Shown: positions 1-10,800 of the stretch, piece by piece
Numbering within the stretch: the stretch's first letter is position 1
Layout of the letters: each line of letters begins with the position of its first letter
Origin: Bugula neritina
Lineage: Eukaryota; Animalia; Bryozoa
DNA: 64,000 nt
Assembly (NCBI GenBank): GCA_964035545.1
Contig: OZ037768.1
Coordinates: 10,200,741-10,264,740 of the forward strand
Direction: 5' to 3'
Position numbers and translations under genes: made by a program
The notes under the pieces: model-generated
The model's database searches: none
Seen by the model: the letters and a program-made list of their open reading frames with translations, nothing else
What the model was told of the DNA's origin: nothing

Positions 1-103
1 TGACTATCACTATGACTATGAGATTGAGTATCAGTATGACTATGAGTATGACTATGAGTATTGGACATGTCACAGATTTACTCTTAGAGCAGTAGCAGCT
101 TAC

Positions 104-148
104 CGTTTCCTTTTTGCTGATTCTGCACGAACTTTGATTAACTTCCAT
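104..148 (-). CDS. Possible first coding exon (MEVNQSSCRISKKET) of an unidentified gene running off the window start
   Basis: On the minus strand, ATG at 148 is followed by 15 open codons and a consensus donor ACG|GTAAGC at 103. Next comes the same hexamer-periodic tract (1-60) seen in first introns of other genes here. No recognisable domain. Confidence 0.3.
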
Positions 149-1850
149 ATTATAGCAGCTGTCCCTACAACAGCAACTACTCCTTGAGGGCTTATTTTAC
201 CGGCGATTGAAGAGGATAGCTGATCCTTAAATTTACTAAGAGCCGCCATATTAGTTTCCGGTATAACTTTTTCTGCAATAAGCTACAAAATGGACTTTGA
301 TTGTTTACACCTAAAGGTGAGAATATAGGACAAATATTCTTTTGGGAGTTGCTCTCTTTACACAAGCAGCTGTTGTAAACTATTGTCACGTATATCTAGC
401 TTGACAGTGATCAACTAATGCGATGCCTATTAATGATTTATTATTTGCTTGTGTGCTGTCTATGTGCTATATACTCCGTACTATGTGATTATGGTGCATG
501 GGTGATGTATACACTGTGAGAAATAAACAGGTAGTTATTCCAATGCCCCACTCATAGCCATTTTGAGGCCCATGAAGTGTTTTATAATAAGTTGGAAGTT
601 CTTTAGGCTATATCATATAATTTACATTTTGTCATAATATTTATTGCCAGTGCAGTGAGAATTACAGAAATACATATTAGAATGTGCTTATAGCTCAGGA
701 TTGGTGTTAAATGATTTAAATTAAACAATGCAAAGATGAACTCTTGCTCCTGCATATTATTGTTATTGTTAATGTACACGTCTTAATTAAATTAATTGGG
801 AGTGAACTTGTTTTTGCATAACTATATAATTATGATGTGCTATTGTAATTTTTGTAATAATCATTTAACTTCTGTCATACAGATCGGACTTACCCAGAGT
901 TGTACAACTTTCATATGCATACATGATTTTATTCTATAAATATTTTAATAGGTGAACAAGAGAATAATAGTAGTTAGGTCGATGGTTTATAAGAGTTCAG
1001 AGCATCAAGAATATAACTGTTTTAGATAATTTTATGCAATTTTCTTTCACTTTCTCATAAACTAGACTAAATAATGGAATATAATTGCAATAATATAGAT
1101 TATATCCTTGCTTAATATACCTGCCATGCATATTGCGGCATCTGCTATTGATAGGAAATTTATAATCTTAAATTTAGAACAGCAACACTGTTTATATTTT
1201 AATATTTATAAGCATGTAATATGCTTATAAAGAGAATTCAGCAGATGCAAAAGTATTGAAGTAAGCTGACAATAGAATAAGAAATTTTTATTATGATGAA
1301 ATCAAATATAAAAATATGAAAAAAATACAATCTGACAAAAAGTTAAATAATTTCACTGCAACATGAACAAAAGCATTACTTTTACAATTAAGAATAAATG
1401 AAACTAGCTGATTTTAAATTCTATAATAGAAAATAAAAGTTGTTTCCAGCACGGTTAAAATGTGGTAAAAATGTAACACTTTATGTAGAAAATTATCCAT
1501 CTTATCAGCCCATATTACAATAAAAATAATCATGTAACTAAATAAATTCATGTACTTCATTTTAAAACGATTCACATAATATTTAATTTATTATATGAGC
1601 ACTGAATGAGTTACAGTTACAATGCTAAATTTTTTTTGTTGCGTCTATCAAATTTTAGAACTACAATAATTATCAAGCTGCTTGTAAAGCTCTGCAGTGA
1701 TAGAAATTAAAAAAAAAATTCCAACTATATATAAAAAATATCTAATATTTATCTATTGCAGATGCTGAGCAAACACCATATAATATCTTGCATAAAAAAC
1801 TTTTTCACATCTTATGAAATATAAATTAAACTTATCTGTCTTGCTGCATA

Positions 1851-4800
1851 TCACTCGAAATCAATCTCTTCATCATCAGCAATGGGTTGAAACTGGTATC
1901 CCCCCACCCCATCAAGTCGCAAATAGTACTGCAAGGAAAAAACTCAATATAGGTTTGAGCAAATATAATTTAGAATAAAATGTTATAAAAATATTTGAAA
2001 ATATTTTATATATACTTCAGTCAGCCAAAATGTGATGTTATTTATGTAATTATGTTACACTTTAAATAAGCTGGTTGAGAAGTCCCAGTGAATCATTTAA
2101 TGTACATAATATATCCTTCTAGAGTTTATCAAAGCAGTTTCATTTTTTCTATTAAAAATAACTGTAATCAGAACTTCATTATTTAGTGAGAAAATTATTA
2201 GAAAATACAAAAACCAGAAAACTTGTGTCTAGCTGCTAAATGAGAAAATTCCCCTTTATATGTACAAAAAGACTCGAGTATAAACTATTGTAAGCATTAG
2301 TGGTGATGCATCGCCAGTTTGAAATATGTTATATATTGTAAAACATAACAAAATAATTGATTAGTCAGCAATACACTGACTTCTATTCTGATATAGCTGT
2401 TGCATCAAAGCACTTATAAACATAACTCCACACACAATTATGCAGTTTTCTTCAATTGGCAAACGACTGGAACCATAAAACAAGACTTAAAAGGTATTAA
2501 TTGATGTCAATAAGTCTGTTTAATTACTAGCTGTTAATATGAGCTGGTGATTTGGTCTTGTACATAAGTGCCATGATTAGGATTTCAATAAAACAGCTTG
2601 AACAAAATACACTGGCGTGGGCATATAAGTTATTTCCAGGTTTGCCTACCTTTTTTACCTACTAAATTGATATAATCATAACAATGAAATAATAATGATA
2701 TTTTTACAATTCTAATATCCTTCTTTGCAAATAGGTACTTTTTTTAATAAAAGATATAAAATTACACAAATTATTTGATAACTCCTACAAAATATTTGAA
2801 AACAAGTTTAGAAATTATTAACTGAACAAAAAACCAAAGTTATAGATAAAACAGTTAGAGTATGTACCTCATGGTGTGTGAGTAAAGATTTCCTATGTGA
2901 GGCTGTGAACAATGTGATACCCGTTTCCTTACAGTACTGGTACATGGCACCCTCTACGTCCACACTAACAGCACTGGTACACTCATCTAGTATAGCAAAC
3001 TGTGGCTTGTGGTAAAACAATCTTGCCATCTACAATTTACAAAGCTAAGTCAAATAGAAGCAAGGATAAATAATTTATTTAACATTCACCATTACTAAAA
3101 ATTATGTAAGTTAGCTGAACTTACAGCAATCCTCTGCTTCTCTCCCCCACTGAGTACATCCATCCAGTCCTGTACACTCTCCCATCCTCCTTCTCTTTCT
3201 AGTATATAGGATAACTGTACTTTATCAAGATATGTTATAAGGTGAGAGTCTAGAATTCTTTTCCTTCTCATATCATCCTTAGTGTCAGGATAAATTATCT
3301 GGTCTCTTAGAGTACCAAGGGTCATGTATGGTCTCTGCAGATATATATTTAAACAATAAAACACTTCTGATTATATGCTTGCAATAGTCACACTGTAACT
3401 TAGTTAATCTGAAACATTGTACTAACTCGTAAGGAACAGGCTCTCAAATGATTATAATGAATGGCAAGTTTTCACCACTATTACAAATACAAAGCCTAGA
3501 TACAAAGTCTTAAAGCTAAAACACTCGATTAATTATTACCTGCGGAATATAGAATATTTGGCCTTGTGTTGGTTTAGTTATTGACCCTCCAAATGATGGC
3601 CACAGCTGCAAAATACATACAGCAAAAATATTGTGCAATGTATTTTAGTAGCGACTGCAATGCATAAATGTCGAATTTTCAGCTCTGTTCGAGGGAGGAC
3701 TTTTAAATTTAGCCGTTTAAAATAAATCAAGATATATGAATGTAAATCAGCACACAATTTACATGACTTGAATAACGCTAAGCTTTAAATATACTATTAT
3801 ACTACTATACTAATGAACTGTGAATAGCAAAACTATTGAGTCACATTAGTCACCTTTAATAGAAATATATTTTTAATAATACAGTTTAAAACTTGTATTT
3901 ATATATATATATATATATATAATTTTTAAAATGTCTGATAACTTCAGCAAAATAGAAGCTTCAAATGCAATAATCTACCCCAGCCAATGTTCTGAACAAT
4001 GAAGATTTCCCACAACCATTTGGACCACAGACAAGGACATTGACCCCTGATTTGACCTCGAATGACATGTCTTCTATCAGTACATCACCATTAGGTGTAA
4101 CCAGTGGAACATTCTCAAACCTGCAAATGTTACGAATATAGAAATACTGGACATAAAGTTACAATTACAGCTTTGGATACAAATATAGTAAACTTACTTT
4201 ATAACATGATCTTGTTGTTGGATTTTACCAGAGCCAGGCGTTAAATGAGAAAACCTCGTGCTGGTGGTAGACAGCATAGCTCTTTGATATTTTCCTTTGC
4301 TTAAGTCTTCTAATACTTCTATTAGAGCACTTATCCTTTCAGTAAACCTGCATGATATGCAGTTTAAATATACTAATAGGTGAAATGCCACTCATAACGA
4401 GTCTTTTAGAAACACTTAGTTAACAGCTTTGGAATATAGACAACATGCAGAATAATGATGACACTAAAAAACCTCAACATACATCAGAAAAAACTGCAAC
4501 ATACACTAACAATGATGTACAGTTGAGATATACCTCGATATGAGTTTGGTGACAATAATTTATAGGAATTATTCAGTACTGTGCTTTACTGACCCTGCAA
4601 GTGTTATCAGATCTTTACTGGCAGATGCTACCATTCCAATGGACTCGGTTACTCTGAATAGCAGTCTGCCACTTTGATAATAATCCTACAAGTATTCAAT
4701 TTACAAGGGTCTTGTGCCACACAAGTAGGTATAGCAGAAACATTTGCAAATAACTATTCACCTACATATGCAAAATATTAATATATGATTTTCTTCAATA

Positions 4801-7800
4801 CTACATGATTCAAGTGTTGAAACAAAATTTCTCACATTGAAGAGCTTATAATGTGTAATATAACTAGCAATGTATATGTCAGATATAGTATAAATCAACA
4901 TAATATTATAGTGCAATAAAGCATAATACAGTGTGATATAGTATAATATAGTGTGAAACAGTGTAATAAAGTATAATGCAGTGTGATACAGTATACAATC
5001 GAGGCTTTCAACAAGTCCCGTTGTATTTTGAAGTTGTCTCCTCCCAGACGGGCCAAGTGTAGTCTCTATATAAAAACAAGCACATAAAATCAGTAGAAAT
5101 TTAAGGTTTGTGTGAAGACTATTGCTAGTAAGAGTTTCATTTTTTCTGAGATTAATATTTTAGCATAAGCACACAGATTAGCAGATCCAGAAAAATTTAA
5201 AAAAATTTCTTTTTCGAAAACCTTGAGAAAAATTAACTTCAAAGCATGTTTGTGGTTTTGGTTACTGCATGAGCAAGCTGAATTGGCAACTGTGATATAA
5301 GACCCATCAATCATTTGTTATGCTGGCTGTCATGTTCAATTTATAGCTGTTGACCTTTCAACTTTTTGGCCAGAATCTGCTGTTATTACAGTATTAGAAC
5401 ACTGTTATGGAATGAGACAGCAGAGTAGCTGTGTTAGAATTTTCAATTAACTATCCTTACACACTTATGCTGAGAATAGCTAGACTATAACCTCAACATC
5501 CATCATTTTCACAAAAAGCATTCTCACAAAACTATAGATATATATTAAAAAGACATATTAAATTTGTAGTATCAAACCAATATGAAATGTGCTTTGATAC
5601 ATGCCAATTAATTTTCTAATACAGGTTAAATGCATCTATTGCAATTGCAATTATGCTCAAATAAATTATCTAGATAATTTAATTAAAAACCCAGATAGCT
5701 TTTTAGCTTCTATTTACTATTAGAAATTGCAAAATGAATTTGCTCACCTACCACAACAGCTTATTGGTTTTTGAAAGTTTATGCTATGTTCGTGTACTTT
5801 GACATTATTCCCTGGTTTTAGTTGTGCCAGTCTTGTGCAAACACTATAAAATGCTGCACTGGAGAAGATTTACAGCTTAGCTCACTGCATGCATATGTTT
5901 ATTATTTTTAATAATACCTATTAGTCAGGGACAACTTCAAACTTTTACATGAACGAATTATGAACATCATATAATTAAACCTAGCAGGAGTATAGAGTTT
6001 GTAATGTATTTAGTTTATACTACTGCAAATGTTCATACTTGAATAGAGCATAGCAATTAACATAGTTATAGCTTTGATGATCACTGTAACTGGAGTTTTT
6101 TGTTGGGAATTGCTTATTCTACCAGCAGAGATAGCAATTGACTTTTTTTAAAGGAAATTGTTAATTGAAGGTTTTCCTAGTAGAATTGATCATATACCTG
6201 TAAAATAAATTTGCCCCACTGGGAATTGATCGAAGCCAAGACCTCCGGCTTGCAAGCAAGTGTGCTAACCATTACACCATCGGGACCACTGGGTAAACTC
6301 AACACTACATCCCACCCAGTTCTCTGAACTCCACTGGCCTATCTACTACTCCTTCAGTCTTTATACTCCCTTAGCCACTCAACTCCCTTGGAGTACTACT
6401 ACACTACACAAAGGCCAAAATAGCTTGTAAAATAATTTTGTTCCCACTGGGAATCGAACCCGAGACCTCCGACTTGCAAGCAAGTGTGCTAATCATTACA
6501 CCACGGGGACCACTGGGTAAACTAAACACTACAATACCTAATCACTATGCACATTCATCCTTGTAGAGATGCCAATCGCAATCTCTCCTAGCAGGACCTG
6601 TAATTCTCCTAGTAACTATGCCATTTCATCCTAGGAGAGATGACAATTGCAGTCTCTCCTAGCAGAGATGTCAATTGCAATCTCCTCTAGTTGGATTAGC
6701 AATGCTCCTAGCAACTATGCCAAATCTGCCTAGGAGAGATGCCAATTGCAATTCCTCCTAGTAGGGATGTCAATTGCAATCTCCCCTAGTTGGATTAGCA
6801 ATGCTCCTAGCAACTATGCCAAATCTGCCTAGGAGAGATGCCAATTGCAATTCCTCCTAGTAGGGATGTCAATTGCAATCTCCCCTAGTTGGATTAGCAA
6901 TGCTCCTAGCAACTATGCCAAATCTGCCTAGGAGAGATGCCAATTGCAGTTCCTCCTAGAAGAGATGCCAATTGCAGTTCTTCCTAGTAGGGATGCCAAT
7001 TGCAATTTCTCCTAGTTGGATTGGCAATTATTTTAGTAACTATGCCAATAGAGGCTTTTCACAAGTACCTCTGGGGGCAATTATATTTTGAAGTTGTCTT
7101 CTCCCAGACTGGCCAGGTGTAGGCTCCATGATAATTATATAGAACAAGCACATAGAATCATTAGAAATTTAAGGTTTGTGTGAAGACTATTGCTAGTACG
7201 AGTTTTATTTTTTCTCATAGCTTAAATGTGCAAGTATAGTTAATTGAAAATTTTAACACAGCTAATATGCTGTCTCATTCCCTAGCAGTGCTCTAAGACT
7301 GTGTTAACAGCAGATTCTGACCAAAAAGTTGAAAGGTCAACAGCTATAAATTGAACATGACAGCCAGCATAACAAATGATTGATGGGACTTATATCATAG
7401 TTGCCAATTCAGCTTGCTCATGCAGTAACCAAAACTACAAACATGCTTTGAAGTTAATTTTTCTCAAGATTATTGAAAATAATTTTTTAAATTATTCTGG
7501 ATCTGCTAATTTGTGTGCATATGCCAAAACAATAATCTCAAAAAAATGAAACTCGTACTAGCAATAGTCTTCACACAAACCTTAAATTTCCAATGATTTT
7601 ATGTTCTTGCTCTATATTATATCATGGAGACTACACCTGGCCCGTCTATGAGGAGAGAATTTCAAAATACAAATGCCCCTAGAGGGACTTGTGAAAAGCC
7701 TCTATTGTGTGATATAGTATCATGTTATAGGTACAATTATTGTAAAATGTATAAACATTAAGCAATGCAACATTCAATATTTTACCATGAAAAAATGACT

Positions 7801-10800
7801 TTACCTCCAGTCTTCGATCTTGCGATGAATTCAGATGGAGTTTGGAATTTGATTTAAAAAACCTCCTGCTAACTACAAGGTGTCCCACAAGCGTAGCCAG
7901 ATCTGTCAACACACATTAAACAGAAGTACTCTACTGGTAAATTGTGTGTTATAAACTTCAATCAAATTAAACTAGACCTGATATGAAGCAGAACCATCAA
8001 ACTTAGAATTATTCTATACAGCAAACTAATACACACATGAAGCTAATTCCTAGACATGTATATTAACACGCTGATCACAAAATATAGAACTTATAATAAT
8101 TCTGCCTACACTTAGCTATAATGTTGTCAATAATCCCTTCAAAGAACTTGAACTGAATAAATCTCCGAATATGATTGGCTAATTTCTGGTATGTGTTGAG
8201 AAGTATAGACTTTTCGTTATGGTTACCATTGTAAAAAGCCACCTCTTGGCTGTAAACATCAAAAGATTGAAGGCGTATTTAAAACATGATATGCAAACTT
8301 AAAAATAGTTATGACTTACTGGGAAACTTTTACCACACAATAATCCCTGCACAGGCATCTTTACATCTTGCTTATGAAATGAAAAAATAATAAATGCAAT
8401 TAATGCTTAAACAATATTAATTATATCTTAAAAGGTAATTTACATTTACCTGTTGGTCACCAGACGGCTATTTACATATCTAAACTCCCCCTCCAACTTT
8501 TGCTCATCTGCAGTAAACTTTCCAAGAGGTTCCCTCAGCTTTGTTAACAACATACCGGACACTAGAAGATAAGTGATGAGAGAAGCAGGGGCTTGGGCGC
8601 CAATTCTCTGAGAAACTTGGACCACAAATAGAGCAATGGCTAGAAGAGGCTACAAGTAATAGAGTTATAAAGGAACGTTATGCACATGTCTTGAGGAATT
8701 TTTTACTAAAGATGACAATGCTCGAAGTACTACAGTAAATTAGGAACAAACATTAAACTAGATTCACACAAATTCTCAAGTAAAGCTGACTCAAAAGTTC
8801 TCAATATACTTGCTGACTTTATTACAAAAAATTTCTTGATTGAAAAATGTCTGGTTTGACTAAAACCCTTGACTTGAGTTATCTTTATTTACTCAACTAA
8901 TTGACTTGATTCATTGGGATGACTAAAAACTTTGATTGAATTGCTGCAATTTGAAGTACCAACTGGCTTAATTTTGTTTTTAGCACCTATAGACCTATGG
9001 CAGAAAGCCAAGAAGAATTGTAAATGCTCTAGTGTCAATTCCACCTATGAACTATAATTTTAATGCTGTTAGAAACATTTTCTGGTTACCACTTACCGTG
9101 ATTGAATCATAAATGGCAATAACTAAAATTGAATAGTGTGGTGGCTCGTGGAGCTACCAGCAACACAATACGCAAGGTTGCGTATTGACCCGGAACAATG
9201 TATTAGCCAATTAGCTAGGCTGTTTTATGAGAGTAGTAGCAGCTTCGCGCTACTAGCTCAGTTGAGGATAGTGCTGTAAATTAAATAGACGTGCGTATCA
9301 TTGCTGTTGTACATTAGATTTTATTATGTATTCTTGTATTAAAATATAACGATATCTACTCGACTTATCTCGGTGAAGTTTCTCTAGTGATAAATAGACT
9401 CTCTTGGTGGCACATCAACCCTAAATCTGAAAATCTTAACAGTGGTGGCAGCGGTGGGATTGTGTACATCAAAGATGGAGACTGAAAATGCTAGAATGCA
9501 ACCACCCCCAGTAGAAGGTGAGCGTAGAAATGCTGTTAATCCTGTAAATCGTGAGGCAGAAGAAGCTTATAGACATTGCTTGAAAGCTCCCACCTTTACT
9601 GGGTCGGAAGATGTCGAACAATTTATACAAGAATTTAGAGAGGTAATGGAGGTTGCTCAATGGCCGCATAGAGTGGCCCTTATCCAATTGCGGAGAGCGG
9701 TGACGGAACAAGCCAAGCCGTACGGAGTGGGAACGGACGTAAACGGAATACTGGCTGCGCTGCGGGCCCGTTTTGGCATCTCCGCAATAGACGCCAGGAC
9801 CAAGCTGGAGAGATTGTGCCGCAACCCGCGGACCTCGCTGCAAGAACATGCCGCGACGGTGAAGAAGTTGGCGCAGATTGCATACAGCGATCTGCCAGCG
9901 CAACACCAAGAGCGTTACACCTACGACGCCTTTGTCCAGTCACTAAACGACCTGGGCTTACACCATCAACTACGAGCTAAAGGGATAACCAGAATAGAGG
10001 ATGCCCTGAAGGCTGGAGAAGCTTACCTGTTGGCTACTCAAATGCATCAAGCACGACGGAACCCACCAGTAGTTGGAGTCAGCGCTGCCAGGGCTACAAC
10101 AAGCCCCGAAGCCCCCCCGCTAGAAGCCGAAGTGGACCGCATGGTAGAGATGCTGGGACAGCTGGTAACAATTCTGGCTGGCGCCGGCCCCGGTCAGGCC
10201 CTGCGGTTGCCCTCAACACCTGCGGGGCCAAACTGGAGCAGTGCTGGTCGAGACCATGGACAGCAAGGACGACCCCAATACCAAGGGGCGTTAAACTGTC
10301 ACGGCCCGCGGACGCTCTCCCTCCCCGCGGGCCGCAACTAAAGGAGTATGGTGGGAAACGCCGTCGTCTGTCCGTACGGACACGACGGAACACTCCACCC
10401 GAGTGGCAGGTACCACGCAGGACTAGTAGGCCCGCACAACGGCCAAGTACCTTCTCCCTGCCACTCGCTAACCGGTTTCACCGGTTACCTCGGGAAGAGG
10501 AGCCCGCCACTGAAATGGAGCCAGAAGGCCCAGTGGAGAGGCCCGAACCCCGCCGGCACCAACCTCGCCGCCGGAAGCCCCGTAAACCACGGGTGAAACC
10601 CCCGCCGTCCTGTCAACCCAGGACAACACATGCGGGGGGGGGGGGTGAAAGTACAACCACATGGAGAGAGCTATTTCCTACCCGGAAAGGTGGCCGGCAA
10701 CGCCGTCACTTTCCTGCTCGACTCCGGTTGTACTACCAACCTTCTCAGTCGTAGAGTATTTGAGGCACTGCCCCGCCGGGACAGGGATAGAGTACGACCG

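Larger units (their letters stand above)
6199..6533 (-). mobile_element. TRIM-like miniature LTR element with tRNA-derived terminal repeats
   Basis: Direct repeats at 6199-6309 and 6426-6533 (about 90% identical by eye), each bounded TGTA...TACA, around a 116-bp spacer. Perfect 5-bp flanking duplication ATACC (6194-6198 and 6534-6538). On the minus strand a purine-rich AGAGAACTGGGTGGGA abuts the downstream repeat. No clear PBS. Confidence 0.72.

Noticed and set aside
3899-3921. (AT)n run, and (GT/CA)-like runs at ~47385-47445 and ~61990-62058
   Set aside because: Ordinary intronic microsatellites.
6439-6510. Functional tRNA gene (Ala, Cys or Val-like)
   Set aside because: The anticodon stem does not pair, the T-stem is imperfect, and the sequence is duplicated within a TSD-flanked repeat.
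10339-10629. Stop-codon readthrough from gag into pol
   Set aside because: Two in-frame stops would need suppression, whereas the -1 frame is open and has a frameshift cassette.
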